A DNA stretch of 63,997 nucleotides, the filler included, from Octopus bimaculoides (lineage: Eukaryota), in assembly GCF_001194135.2 (NCBI RefSeq). It is 5 parts of 5 records of this genome, joined end to end, with 100 filler letters (N's around TTAATTAATTAA, not from the genome) between each part and the next. Parts side by side here need not be neighbours in the genome. Positions count along the whole stretch, not along the records: positions 31,586 to 50,797 come from NC_068988.1; positions 50,898 to 62,038 come from NC_068983.1; 3 more parts are not named here. One strand, 5' to 3'. This document shows, piece by piece, positions 38,601-51,798 of the stretch. A program made the position numbers and the translations under genes. Every line of letters begins with the position of its first letter. Position 1 is the first letter of the stretch. The notes beneath the pieces were generated by a model. It had not been told where the DNA came from. It searched no databases and saw only the letters and a list, made by a program, of their open reading frames with translations.

Positions 38601-38808
38601 GCGGCGAGCTGGCAGAGTCGTTAGCTCGCCGTGCGAAATTTCGTCTGTCTTTATGTTCTGAGTTCAAATGCCGCCGAGGTCGATTTTGCCTTTCATTCTT
38701 TCGGCGTCGATAAATTAAGTACCAGTTACGTACTGGGTTCGATCTAATCGACTGGTCCCCTCTCCAAAAATTTCGGGCCTTGTGCCTAGAGTAGAAAAAA
38801 AAATTATT
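38601..38808 (+). mobile_element. SINE family B, near full length
   Basis: GGCGAGCTGGCAGAGTCGTTAG (A-box-like), GAGTTCAAATGCC (B-box-like), central GTCGA..GCCTTTCATTCTTTCGG..GTCGATAAATTAAGTACCAG. Other copies at ~33785-33945, 39939-40092, 47817-48025, 52790-52990 (+) and 55495-55825 (two, -). Confidence 0.9.
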
Positions 38809-38866
38809 TGCTTCAGCTATTAGACTGCGGCCATGCTGGGGCACCGCCATTTTAGTCGAACAAATT

Positions 38867-39070
38867 GTGTGTCTGTGTTTGTTCCCCCAACATCGCTTGA
38901 CAACCGATGCTGGTGTGTTTACGTCCCCGTAATTTCAGCGGTTCGGCAAAAGAGACCGATAGGATAAGTACTAGGCTTACAAAGAATAATTCCTGGGGTT
39001 GATTTGCTCGACTAAAGGCGGTGCTCTAGCATGGCCGCAGTCAAATGACTGAAACAAGTAAAATAGTAAA
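38867..39070 (+). mobile_element. SINE family A, 3' half
   Basis: CATCGCTTGACAACCGATGCTGG..GGTTCGGCAAAAGAGACCGATAG..GCATGGCCGCAGTCAAATGACTGAAACAAG, as at 50640-50797. Further 3' halves at ~36625-36772 and ~39535-39730. Confidence 0.9.
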
Positions 39071-39456
39071 GAAAGTATACATATAAGAGGGATGACCACT
39101 AAGTGGACATCCCTTTTGCTAGAAGAAAACCCCCAAGTCTGACCACCTAAGAAAAGATTGTTCTCAAGAAAATTCAGCAAATACCACAACGTAAGCCAGC
39201 AAGACAAATGAAAAGATTCAAAATNNNNNNNNNNNNNNNNNNNNNNNNNNNNNNNNNNNNNNNNNNNNNNNNNNNNNNNNNNNNNNNNNNNNNNNNNNNN
39301 NNNNNNNNNNNNNNNNNNNNNNNNNNNNNNNNNNNNNNNNNNNNNNNNNNNNNNNNNNNNNNNNNNNNNNNNNNNNNNNNNNNNNNNNNNNNNNNNNNNN
39401 NNNNNNNNNNNNNNNNNNNNNNNNNNNNNNNNNNNNNNNNNNNNNNNNNNNNNNNN

Positions 39457-39534
<78 letters not shown>

Positions 39535-40650
39535 TGTGTTTTTTCCTCCATCACTGCTGGACAACAAGTGTTGGTGTATTTACGTCCTCATAACTTAGCG
39601 GTTCGGCAAAAGAGCACCGATAGAATAAGTACCAGGCTTTAAGAATAAGAACTAGGATTGATTGATTCCACTAAAAATTCAGAAGGTGGTGCTCCACCAT
39701 GGCCTCAGTCGAATGACCAAGACAAAGAGAAAATACACACACAGATGTGCGCGTACTTCATGCATGAAAGGGCCAACACGCAGGGGTTGCCAAGTGTGCA
39801 CGACACACTAAGTGTCCTGCATGCCAGATGTTCAATTCCTGATGTATGGATCCCCAGCTTCGTCCTGATATTTATCCTTACACCTTCCTAACTACACATC
39901 TACGTACGTTCCCCACCCGAGGTATACAAAAAGGATTTGTCTTTACGTTCTGAGTTCAAATTCCACCGAGGTCAACTTTGCCTTTCATTCTTTCGGCGTC
40001 GATAAATTAAGTACCAGTTGAGTACTGGGGTCGATCTAATCGACTGGACCCTCTCCAAAAATTTCGAGCCTTGTGCCTAGAGTAGAAAAGAAAAGAAAAC
40101 AGAAAATTATATATTACACGCACATACGTATGTATAATTACATACATATATAATTATATTTATGTGTGTGAACGAATGTATATGTGTACAGGTATGTACA
40201 CATATACATGTATATACGAATACAAGTATGTATATGCATGTACGTGTTTGTTGTATATACGTTTTTAAGCACACGCATACATAAATACATACACGCACAC
40301 TTATATATACATGCCCTCATACACACTTATANNNNNNNNNNNNNNNNNNNNNNNNNNNNNNNNNNNNNNNNNNNNNNNNNNNNNNNNNNNNNNNNNNNNN
40401 NNNNNNNNNNNNNNNNNNNNNNNNNNNNNNNNNNNNNNNNNNNNNNNNNNNNNNNNNNNNNNNNNNNNNNNNNNNNNNNNNNNNNNNNNNNNNNNNNNNN
40501 NNNNNNNNNNNNNNNNNNNNNNNNNNNNNNNNNNNNNNNNNNNNNNNNNNNNNNNNNNNNNNNNNNNNNNNNNNNNNNNNNNNNNNNNNNNNNNNNNNNN
40601 NNNNNNNNNNNNNNNNNNNNNNNNNNNNNNNNNNNNNNNNNNNNNNNNNG

Positions 40651-41016
40651 CTTACGACGTCGAGGGTTCCAGTTGATCCGATCAACGGAACAGCCTACTC
40701 GTGAAATTAACGTGCAAGTGGCTGAGCACTCCACAGACACGTGTACCCTTAACGTAGTTCTCGGGGATATTCAGCGTGACACAGTGTGACAAGGCTGGCC
40801 CTTTGAAATACAGGCACAACAGAAACAGGAAGTAAGAGTGAGAGAAAGTTGTGGTGAAGGAGTAGATCAGGGTTCGCCACCATCCCCTGCCGGAGCCTCG
40901 TGGAGCTTTAGGTGTTTTCGCTCAATAAACACTCACAACGCCCGGTCTGGGAATCGAAACCGCGATCCTATGACCGCGAGTCCGCTGCCCTAACCACTGG
41001 GCCATTGCGCCTCCAC
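40651..41016 (-). mobile_element. tRNA-derived SINE: head D + tail T1
   Basis: Minus: GTGGAGGCGCAATGGCCCAGTGGTTAGG (A box)..GGTTTCGATTCCC (B box), then the tail shared with 45717 and 51799 (GGGCCAGCCTTGTCACAC..AGGGTACACGTGTCTGTGGAGTGCTCAGCCAC..). Confidence 0.9.
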
Positions 41017-41929
41017 GCCAACGACAACAGCACATCATTAAAGGCTCCGACATTTACTCAGTCTCATATTCACAAACATACAACACGTGATGTGTTGGTG
41101 CTGTTTAACCCTAGGTCAGTCTTGACTAAACAGGCCTGATCAAAGGTAACCCGGCCATAAGTAGATCGTTTTTTTTTTGTTTTTTTTTTACCCTCCCCTA
41201 TCTTTTGCATAAGAAATCGAAGAACCAAAGAGGACACAGTGTAATGTATGTTTTTTTCTAAGACTTTAAGTATTCTTAGAATTGATGATGATTTGGTGCT
41301 ATTTCTAGCAAGATGAGAGAGCACTCAAGGTCTAGCATCTGCCCCTAACGTCGGCTCTCGCTTGTCTGTCTGTGTGTATACAGAACACACACACACACGT
41401 GTAAAGATTGTCTAACAACACGGCTAATTGGGACGAAACACGTGACTACGTTGTTGAAATTACAAATCTAATGAAAATAGCTGAAGAGAAATATTGACCG
41501 AGATATTAATTTTTGCCGAGGGAAGAGCGCGGGAGCAAATATACACACACACACACAGACGGTGAGGGCGGGAGTACTAACACCTCTTCGTTTCTGTATA
41601 GCAAGGGTGGAAAAGAGATCATGAATATCGATTATTAACCTAACACTAGTTGATGATAATCCCTACGCATTAAAAGGAAAAAAAAAGGTATAAAAGAAAG
41701 ACAAGTGACTCTGTTGGGAATTGAACTCACATACCGTGTGATATTTTTTCCTTTTTTTTCTTTTTCCTTTGTTATTTTATTTTCCCTTTTCATTTCGTTT
41801 CTTCTTTTCTTTTGGTTGTTACTTCTGGATAACGTCTGTATTTACGAGAGGGGACAACTAGTGCTCAGCAAAACCCATGCATACATACCTACACACAGGT
41901 GTGCGTGCACGCTTGTGTATACATGCACA

Positions 41930-42212
41930 GGCGCAGGTGTGGTTGTTTGGTAAGAAGCTTGCTTCTCAACCACATGGTTCCGGGTTCAGTCCCACTGCGT
42001 GTCACCTTGGGCCAGTGTTTTCTGCTATAGCCCCGGGCCGACCAAAGCATTGTGGGGGGCTTTGGTAGACGGAAACTGAAAGAAGCTCGTCATACATGTG
42101 TGTGTGTGTGTGTGTGATTGTCCCCCTACCATCACTTGACAACTGATGTTCGCGTGTTTACTTCCCCGTAACTTAGTGGTCCGTCAAATGACCGAGAGAA
42201 TAAGTACTAGGC
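41930..42212 (+). mobile_element. SINE family A, 5' portion up to the gap
   Basis: GGTAAGAAGCTTGCTTCTCAACCACATGGTTCCGGGTTCAGTCCC then a CORE-like GTCACCTTGGGCCAGTG segment, an internal (GT)n and the 3' half. Confidence 0.9.
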
Positions 42213-42412
42213 TNNNNNNNNNNNNNNNNNNNNNNNNNNNNNNNNNNNNNNNNNNNNNNNNNNNNNNNNNNNNNNNNNNNNNNNNNNNNNNNNNNNNNNN
42301 NNNNNNNNNNNNNNNNNNNNNNNNNNNNNNNNNNNNNNNNNNNNNNNNNNNTATATATATATATATATATATACATACATACATACAGACAGACATACAT
42401 ACATACATACAG

Positions 42413-42457
<45 letters not shown>

Positions 42458-42693
42458 TTTATGTACTCCTTTATGCACATCAGCCGAATGGCTGTGGCCA
42501 TGCTGCGGCACCGCCAGTGTCATCAACTTATTAATGCCCATTCTGTTATGACTGGCTTTTGGTGAAGGAGGGAGTTCGATGTGATGTATGTTCATATGGG
42601 TCCTTAGACAGGGGGGAATCAAGTTGTTTATTATGCATATATACATATATGTGTACTTATATACATATACAGACACATGCATCTATGCATCTA

Positions 42694-42744
<51 letters not shown>

Positions 42745-42861
42745 GTGTGTGTGTATATATATATATATATATATTGTTGTATTTGGGGATGGTCATAAAA
42801 AGACACGCTCTGTATATTTGGTGTTCACTTGCTTCAGCTTTATTTTATATTAATTGTATTT

Positions 42862-42908
42862 CAGTCAGAGTTCTTTCGTCACACTTCTGTGACCTCATCA
42901 GTGGTCCT
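42862..42908 (-). ncRNA. Minimal hammerhead ribozyme motif (PLE-type) with a degenerate stem I
   Basis: Minus RNA: CUGAUGA-G-GUCACA-GAAG-UGUGAC-GAAA-G-AA-C-UC. Core CUGAUGA (42901-42895) and GAAA (42877-42874), perfect 6-bp stem II, CUC triplet. Same strand as, and just 3' of, a PLE GIY-YIG ORF. Confidence 0.7.
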
Positions 42909-43289
42909 TTGCTTTCTTCTTTCTTTCTTACTAATGATCTGCCATTTTGTATTCCTATTATATGTCTTTACTTGCGCATGCGTATATCCCTGTGTGTGTC
43001 TATGTTTAGTAAGTGTGTGTGTGGTAATGTGCCTACATTATCAGTATCCCCTGTTTATACACGTTCGTTTAATCTACTTTTATTTATTTTATTCATTTGT
43101 TTATATCTACTTACTTTTTCTTTTCTTTCTATTTTTCGCAGTTAATTTAATTTAATTTATTTTGTTTCTGTATATAGTTATTTAATTTCATTTATTTATC
43201 TGTGTATTGTATTATATTCATATTATTATCAGTTTATGAGGATCTTATTCTGTCATAGGTTGTGGTGTGTTGGGGAGGTGTGCTACTGT

Positions 43290-43975
43290 TCCATTCTAGT
43301 TTCCTATTCAGGTTATCTTCTATTATATGTGTAGCTTCCGTAATTTGTCTAAACGTTGCGTCTGTTCTGTCTGGACAAGACCTTAACTTCTATGTTGTTG
43401 AGTGAGTCCCCATGTTCCTGCTCGGCGTGCTGATGCGGAACCGATGAGCTTTTCTCTTCCTTAAGTTCCTTCCAATGACCATTTACTCGCTCTACTATGC
43501 TTCGTGCTGTCTCCTCGAAGTACGTCGTTGTCTTGTTACTGCACCGTCCTTCTGTACATCTTATACTATAGACTACATTCCTAGCTTTACAGTTTGTTTT
43601 CGGCTAAATCCGCATGCAATACAGTTTCTATCAGTACAGGGGTTTCTACTAAAAAGGTAGGTTCTACCGATTAGGGATTTGCTAGGGTTGCCTGGCATTT
43701 CTACAACCTTAATTCTTAGCTTAAGTTTGTCTAGGGCCCTTCTATAGTGGCACGCCAGTTCGACTGTAGGGGTGGTGTCGACGAACATGACACTCTGGTA
43801 TTTGTGGCTATCATACCATGAGTTGGCCTTCCCTATTTTCTTCTTAGTCCTTTCAATGGTGCTCCATGACTTACTCCTATAGAGTGGGCAAATCCCATTC
43901 CTATCGTTATGGTTCTTTTGTATACTCTGATCTTTATATATCAGGTCATCCCATAAGTTCTGACCGGATTTCGAA
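43290..43975 (-). mobile_element. Penelope-like element 3' fragment (thumb end, Cys-rich linker, GIY-YIG)
   Basis: Minus ORF 43573-43995: WYDSHKYQSVMFVDTTPTVELA..LRIKVVEMPG..NPCTDRNCIAC. It continues by frameshift into VVYSIRC..C..YFEETARSIVERVNGH (GIY-YIG-like, degenerate). Confidence 0.8.
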
Positions 43976-43984
43976 TAAAGAAAA

Positions 43985-44535
43985 CAAGTGATCAAATGTT
44001 ATATTTAATCATGAATGTACTTTCACTGATTATCTATGACTTCCTTCCATCTATTTACAAGCTTTTTAATCCCATCAATGTAAAACTCTTTTGGTTTCAA
44101 AGCAAAGAACTCTGAAATGTCACTTTCGACCTCCTCCTGGCTTGCGAAAGTTTTGTCCCCCAAATGATTCTTTAAACTACGAAACAAATGGTAGTCTGAA
44201 GGAGCAAGGTTGGGAGAATAAAGTGGGTGAGGAACCTTTTCCCAACCAAGCTCTTCGATATTCTGTGATGTGATCTTTTCAGTCCTGATGAAACATCACT
44301 CCTTTTCGATTCACTAAAACAGGTCTTTTTTTTCTTCAAAGCTCGGTTCAAACGCTCTAATTGCTGACAGTAGACTTGAGCATTGATTGTTGCATTAGGT
44401 GGTAACAATTCTAAGTGAATTACTCCTTTGCAATCCCACCAGATAGAGAGAAGAACCTTTTTCCCATGAAGTTCCCTTCTCGGTTGTGGTTGAGCTTTTT
44501 CCGTTTTACCAAGCCACTGTTTACGACGGTTGGCA
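43985..44535 (-). mobile_element. Mariner transposase remnant (catalytic domain to C-terminus)
   Basis: LHGKKVLLSIWWDCKGVIHLELL..TINAQVYCQQLERL; then HQD, PHPLYSPNLAPSDYHLFRSLKN and FYIDGIKKLVNRW by frameshift. Confidence 0.9.
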
Positions 44536-44837
44536 TTTCGATAGAAGATCCACAAGTCTTTGGCCAGCCTGGGGCTATAGTCAAAGATAGTTGCTTAAGG
44601 TGCCACGCAGTGGGACTAAACCCGGAAGCATGTGGCTGGTAGTATATGTAATTTAGAGATCAGAACTTAATTGCAGATCTTGCCTGTCCAAATCGGATAT
44701 GAAATCTATGTGGAAGTCTTTTCAAAACATTACCTGGTTTAAAAAACCACGTCAGATGGCCATGATGGTTCGAAGGTGTAGGTACAGGGGATGGTCAAAC
44801 TGCATAAGAAGTAGACAACCACCATACACATATATAC

Positions 44838-44874
<37 letters not shown>

Positions 44875-44888
44875 CATACATATATATA

Positions 44889-44921
<33 letters not shown>

Positions 44922-45147
44922 ATGTATATATATATATGCATATATATGTNNNNNNNNNNNNNNNNNNNNNNNNNNNNNNNNNNNNNNNNNNNNNNNNNNN
45001 NNNNNNNNNNNNNNNNNNNNNNNNNNNNNNNNNNNNNNNNNNNNNNNNNNNNNNNNNNNNNNNNNNNNNNNNNNNNNNNNNNNNNNNNNNNNNNNNNNNN
45101 NNNNNNNNNNNNNNNNNNNNNNNNNNNNNNNNNNNNNNNNNNNNNNN

Positions 45148-45178
<31 letters not shown>

Positions 45179-45477
45179 TGCGTATGTCTGCATATATGAG
45201 TATAGATATGCATGTATAGGTACATATATATGGTGCAAATACAATGAAAAATAAAAATGGACAGCACAACAGTACAACATTTTAAGAGGTATTAACTTAA
45301 CTTTTAAGTGAAAAGAGTAAGCACCTTAACCTTTCGAGCGTTGGTCATTCACCAGAATAATGAGAGAAGAGTAGGGCAGAGAGAAAAGAAAAGGGTTAGA
45401 AACTAGGCGGGGAAACTGTCTACGAAGTTACGAAGGGAAGGAGAGGTGGGTGTGTAGATGAATATATAAAGGATAAA

Positions 45478-45701
45478 GGTCCTTTCCGAGCTCTATAGAC
45501 TCATAGGGCTGGTGTACCGATTTCCGCAGCATATATATTCTCTCCTGAACGGGACGCCGGTCCGTCACAGGATTTCTCCTATTTGCCAGATAAGTGGACT
45601 GGAGCAATTTGAAATAAAGCGGTTTTTTCAAGAACACAACACGTCGCCCGGTCCTGGAATCTAACCCATAATCTTAAGATCATGAGTCCAGTAGCTTAAA
45701 C
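45478..45701 (-). mobile_element. tRNA-derived SINE: head/body C + tail T2
   Basis: Minus: ..GGGCGACGTGTTGTGTTCTTGAAAAACCGCTTTATTTCAAATTGCTCCAGTCCAC (body C), then GACGGACCGGCGTCCCGTTCAG..GGAAATCGGTACACCAGCCCTATGAG (tail shared with 52283). Confidence 0.8.
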
Positions 45702-45716
45702 AAAGGAGGAGCACTC

Positions 45717-46022
45717 CGTCGGTTACGACGACGATAGTCCCAGCTGATATGATCAGCAGAACAGCTTGCTCGTGAAATGAACGTGCAAGTGGCTGAGCAC
45801 TCCACAGACACGTGTACCCTTAACGTAGTTCTCAGGGAGACTCAGCGTGACAGAGATTGTGACAAGGCTGGCCCTTTTGAAATACAGGTACAACTCATTT
45901 TTGCCAACTGATTGGACGGGAGCAAGTATCTTGCTCAAGGACACAACGCGTCGCCGGGGATCGAACTCATGACCTTACTATCGTGAGCCGAATGCCCAAA
46001 CCACTGAGTCACGCGCCTTCAC
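45717..46022 (-). mobile_element. tRNA-derived SINE: head C + tail T1, full length
   Basis: Minus: GTGAAGGCGCGTGACTCAGTGG (A box), GAGTTCGATCCCC (B box), GTGTCCTTGAGCAAG, tail T1 to CGTCGTAACC. Confidence 0.9.
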
Positions 46023-46179
46023 TATCTTAGCCACTAAGCTTAACCACTAAGCCACGCACCCCTACGGGTGTGTAGAGGCGAGTATAGGGGGGGGGCAGTG
46101 ATATGGATATGTGTGTAAAGGTGTGCAAGTGTGGAGATAATATAATGGCACAGGTTAGAGTGTGTGCATTTGTGCACGT

Positions 46180-46300
<121 letters not shown>

Positions 46301-46587
46301 CTTTGGGCGGGTGATATGAAAGCGTGTATATGAAGGAGGTGAAATCGGATAACAGTTCAGGTGTGTGCGTGCGTTGGCCTGTGTGTTTGCGTCCTAACAT
46401 GTGTTTATTGTTTGTCTATTAAGCCTGGCAATTATATATCTTTACACCAAAATACACGGTGATAGAATTTATAAACAAACACCGAAGCAGATGCAGCAAA
46501 TCGCCAACTTGGGATTTAGTTCATTGCCAACCGCAACACATTCTCTCTTATACAAATATATTCATACACATTCATACATTCTGTCAT

Positions 46588-46627
<40 letters not shown>

Positions 46628-46784
46628 TCTCTCTCTCTTCCTCTCTCTTACCCACACATAGTCACACAAACGCACACATATTCGTGTTCTGAGTTCTATT
46701 TTTCCTGTTTGCATCGCCAAAGTTACACACATATATACACACACACAGATGCTGATAGATAGACAAACAGACAGACAGGCAGAC

Positions 46785-46843
<59 letters not shown>

Positions 46844-46888
46844 CACAGAAATATATGCATACACACATACACATATATTATTCAGAAA

Positions 46889-46923
<35 letters not shown>

Positions 46924-47504
46924 TGAGTGTTAATATGTTCATCTGAGGGTCGTATAACATCTGATACTCCGAGTTCGATGTTTAATTTCCGATGCTCCTC
47001 GTCAGCGATAGTCTAAGTGGCTGTCATAGTATCTGACAGACATTCTCTGAAATATATATCCAGATAAACACACAATCGTCTGAACCCTTGCCCTAAATTT
47101 TAAAAAAAACTGTTACCAATCTATCATATATCGTGCGATACTCTCTACCGTGCGGTATTTAATAATATCAGACCATCGATATCTCACTGTTTATCAACAT
47201 CCGCCGTTTAACGGTGCATTCATGGAATCTCATACATTATCTGATGTACACAATCCCCTGCTCACTGTGTTTCATAGATTATAAAACAATTTCTTTGTTG
47301 TTTGCTGTATTTACACTTTATACCCTGGGCGCCACCCAGACATCTGGGGTTCATAACGGGCAGGATAATCGTAATATATTGCGTGGTTATATGATGTCGA
47401 GAAACGCTAGCACGAGATAAAAGTTTAAAAAATACACACGTGTACTTATGAGTGCTCAATGAAAATTTTATAGAACTATGAAATTTAAGGTGATAATACA
47501 CTTC

Positions 47505-47554
<50 letters not shown>

Positions 47555-47781
47555 GATTATTATTATTAAAAACAAAAAAAAGAAGAGTGCCATTCTTATC
47601 AAGTGAACGATATTTCGGCATCTAGTGTACCTTCCACAGGTTCAAAAAATAAACTTGTCAATCTACTTCGTTTTTGGTAATGCACGCTAGATGCCGAAAT
47701 ATCGTTCACTTGATAACAATGGCACTCTTCTTTTTTTTGCTCCAGCATACCTCCTGGAGGAGTTACCTCAATCCTATAAAA

Positions 47782-47814
<33 letters not shown>

Positions 47815-48577
47815 GAGGCGGCGAGGTAGAAGAATCGCTAACACGCTGGGCAAAATGCTTAGCAGCATTTCGTCCGACCTCACGTTCTGAGTTCAAATTC
47901 CGTCGAGGTTGACTTTGCGTTTCATACTTTCGGGGTCGATAAGCCAGTAAGACATTAAGGTCGATGTAGTCGACAGTCCCCTTCCCGCCAAAATTCAGGC
48001 CTTGTGCCTAGAGTAGAAAGGATTGTTATCATTATCTTTATTATGTGAGAGAGTAGTACATGCCATCAAAGTGACACTGGGGTAAAATATACGAAGCCCA
48101 TTATACCCATCATGACTACCCGTCTGATAAGGGTACACCAGGCACATGCATCACAACCATATGTGCGCGACATGGTGATCTGATATCAAGATAAACAGCG
48201 CATGACCTCGGAGGTGGGGTCCAGTTAGAATTTTCTTCAGGTCGAGTAGCACATCCCGCTCAAAAGGTCCCTGAATAAGGTTTGTTTAAGGATGTTGAGC
48301 AAAACACCCATGATTCTAAAGGTGAATTATTCAAACCCTAAAGAATTCCTTTCAACACATAGCTATGACGCTCCCCCACTACTTCTGCTCATGATCAGAG
48401 ATGCACATATCGTCAGCCACCAAGGGACATGCTCAACTCTTTAAGGTCAAACAACTGACAAGCAAGTCTGTGGTATTGAGCAGAATATTTGCGTAGCTCA
48501 TCTTTTATACCAAGACAAAACAATGTACATGATTACACTTCCAATCAATTAAGATTATTATTATTATTATTATTATT

Positions 48578-48885
48578 CAGTAGTTTTATTTTTATAACGT
48601 GCTTTCACTTCACTACCGAGCGCAGCTCTGTGCGCCTTGGGTATGTGCTGTGGTTTGCTGTGGTGCTCTTATGTTTACTGTATTGAAAGTGTTTTGCGTA
48701 GAATGTGTGCAGTACCCAGTAGTGCAATTTTCTGTATGTTATATATATTTGTAAGTCCTGGTGTTTTTGTTATGTATTTGTCTGAATATTTTTTTATTAT
48801 ACCTAAGGCACCTACTATGATAGGAATTGTTTCTGTTTTTAGATTCCACATTCGAGTTATCTCTATTTCCAGGTCTTTGTATTTT
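48578..48885 (-). mobile_element. 3' end of a restriction-like-endonuclease (RLE) non-LTR retrotransposon, R4/Dong- or HERO-like
   Basis: Minus frame KYKDLEIEITRMWNLKTETIPIIVGALGIIKK..IQKIALLGTAHILRKTL, stop at 48675-48677 (RLE C-terminal signature). The 3' end abuts (ATT)n at 48554-48577. Confidence 0.85.
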
Positions 48886-50190
48886 NNNNNNNNNNNNNNN
48901 NNNNNNNNNNNNNNNNNNNNNNNNNNNNNNNNNNNNNNNNNNNNNNNNNNNNNNNNNNNNNNNNNNNNNNNNNNNNNNNNNNNNNNNNNNNNNNNNNNNN
49001 NNNNNNNNNNNNNNNNNNNNNNNNNNNNNNNNNNNNNNNNNNNNNNNNNNNNNNNNNNNNNNNNNNNNNNNNNNNNNNNNNNNNNNNNNNNNNNNNNNNN
49101 NNNNNNNNNNNNNNNNNNNNNNNNNNNNNNNNNNNNNNNNNNNNNNNNNNNNNNNNNNNNNNNNNNNNNNNNNNNNNNNNNNNNNNNNNNNNNNNNNNNN
49201 NNNNNNNNNNNNNNNNNNNNNNNNNNNNNNNNNNNNNNNNNNNNNNNNNNNNNNNNNNNNNNNNNNNNNNNNNNNNNNNNNNNNNNNNNNNNNNNNNNNN
49301 NNNNNNNNNNNNNNNNNNNNNNNNNNNNNNNNNNNNNNNNNNNNNNNNNNNNNNNNNNNNNNNNNNNNNNNNNNNNNNNNNNNNNNNNNNNNNNNNNNNN
49401 NNNNNNNNNNNNNNNNNNNNNNNNNNNNNNNNNNNNNNNNNNNNNNNNNNNNNNNNNNNNNNNNNNNNNNNNNNNNNNNNNNNNNNNNNNNNNNNNNNNN
49501 NNNNNNNNNNNNNNNNNNNNNNNNNNNNNNNNNNNNNNNNNNNNNNNNNNNNNNNNNNNNNNNNNNNNNNNNNNNNNNNNNNNNNNNNNNNNNNNNNNNN
49601 NNNNNNNNNNNNNNNNNNNNNNNNNNNNNNNNNNNNNNNNNNNNNNNATAATACAAGTGATCCTTATAATTCTTCAAGACAATTATACCCTGGTCGTTTT
49701 GATCAACTCCAGGTTAGGTTAGACGAAACATGCACAAGCTACCGTACCCCAAAATTGAAAACCGGACAACATCATTGGTATGCGAATTTCCTTTTTAACC
49801 GTTCGTTAAGAATTGAACATCGTTATTTATTATAATGTATGACAGGAGAGGGACACATATTGGCACCTTCTTACCATATAGGTATGTTTATATACACACA
49901 TCCACCCGAATACACACTAATGGAAACACAGACACATACACAATACACTGTGCACATCACACACACTCATAAGCGTACTTCAGTTGAGCCCCAGATACTC
50001 ACACACCCAGATACGCAAGTCTCTGACGACAATGTCGAACACACGGACAAATAAATAATCGATATAGGTACGCACACGCACATATAGATCAATATAAACG
50101 CGTAGTGATATACACACATATATACACACACGCCTTCTGAATGGCATTGTCAGTTTTACAATAGCTGATATAACTAGGTTCTGCCAACCA

Positions 50191-50221
<31 letters not shown>

Positions 50222-50481
50222 TTCCATACACACACACAGACTCCCATACACACACACACACTTCCATACACACACATGCTCTCCTCCTCCGCCCCCTCTC
50301 TCCTTTTTCATTCTTTCTAATTCTTTCTCTCTAATCTCTCTAGTTCCCTTTCTGCACTACTCTCTCTTTTCTTCTTTCTCACTCTTTCTCTCTTTCTCTC
50401 TCTCATACAAACGCACTGACCTTATAATACACACACATACATGCACTATACACAGACACACACACATGCATACAACCACAC

Positions 50482-50797
50482 TGCTAGGCACCTTGGGCAA
50501 GTGTCTTCTACTATAGCCTCGGGCCGACCAATGCCTTGTGAGTGGATTTGGTAGACGGAAACTGAAAGAAGCCCGTCGTATATATGTATATATATATATG
50601 TATGAGTGTGTATGTTTGTGTGTCTATGTTTGTCCCCCCAACATCGCTTGACAACCGATGCTGGTGTGTTTACGTCCCCGTAACCTAGCGGTTCGGCAAA
50701 AAAGACCGATAGAATAAGTACTAGGCTTCCAAAGAATAAGTCCTGGGGTCGATTTGCTCGACTAAAGGCGGTGCTCTAGCATGGCCGCAGTCAAATG
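50482..50797 (+). mobile_element. SINE family A (CORE-like body + 3' half), well preserved
   Basis: GGCACCTTGGGCAAGTGTCTTCTACTATAGCC resembles the CORE-SINE motif TGACCTTGGGCAAGT; full 3' half follows. Another + copy at ~62215-62365. Confidence 0.9.
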
Positions 50798-51798
50798 NNN
50801 NNNNNNNNNNNNNNNNNNNNNNNNNNNNNNNNNNNNNNNNNTTAATTAATTAANNNNNNNNNNNNNNNNNNNNNNNNNNNNNNNNNNNNNNNNNNNNATA
50901 CTTAATAGAATTTCTGAAAGACTATCGAGATGCCTACACGCATATAAATGTACTTTCGCACAATGCAGTGAGAATGAATTTTGAGTAACCGTTAATTTAG
51001 TGTAATTTTATCTTATTTTACTTTAAGGTATGGATGACTTTAAACTTTAAACCTCTCCGTTCTTCTAAACACCTACTAAGTATCTAACTCACTTTGTAAT
51101 CACGAATGCGCCTAACCTCGCGTTTGCATATTCTCACATTTTTGCTATTGCTTGTATGAGCGTGTGTACTCGTGCCATGCAGCTTTCCCGAGGGCGTTTA
51201 TGCATACATATCTGTTAACGGTTATTTTCAATACTTTTCTCACTGGATTACGTGTTCGCTTCTCTTTTTGTCTTCTGCAATTTTATTTGGGATCTTCTAT
51301 ATATTTGAAAAATTTTCCTCCGTCTGGCTGTTTTTCTCTCTACAAAACGGAAAGTTGAATTATGGAACAGTCATTTTAACGAGTTTCTTTTACTTATTTA
51401 TCACCCGATGCGATACGTCTGCATCACCGGATACTCCTGAACCAGTTTTTGTGTGTCCCACAAGAGGAGTCGATGCTAGATGTGTCGAAACAATTGTTGT
51501 GATTNNNNNNNNNNNNNNNNNNNNNNNNNNNNNNNNNNNNNNNNNNNNNNNNNNNNNNNNNNNNNNNNNNNNNNNNNNNNNNNNNNNNNNNNNNNNNNNN
51601 NNNNNNNNNNNNNNNNNNNNNNNNNNNNNNNNNNNNNNNNNNNNNNNNNNNNNNNNNNNNNNNNNNNNNNNNNNNNNNNNNNNTACGCGTCTGTTGGGTC
51701 GTCTAAAAGATAATCTGGTGATGCATGTTTCAATTTATTGTAGATTGAGGGATTGATGTATGATTTAATTGTATGTGTCTGTCTTGCCTATCACATCT

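Noticed and set aside
46965-47012. Minus-strand CTGACGA..GAAA hammerhead-like motif
   Set aside because: Stem II has only about 2 pairs and stem I does not pair.
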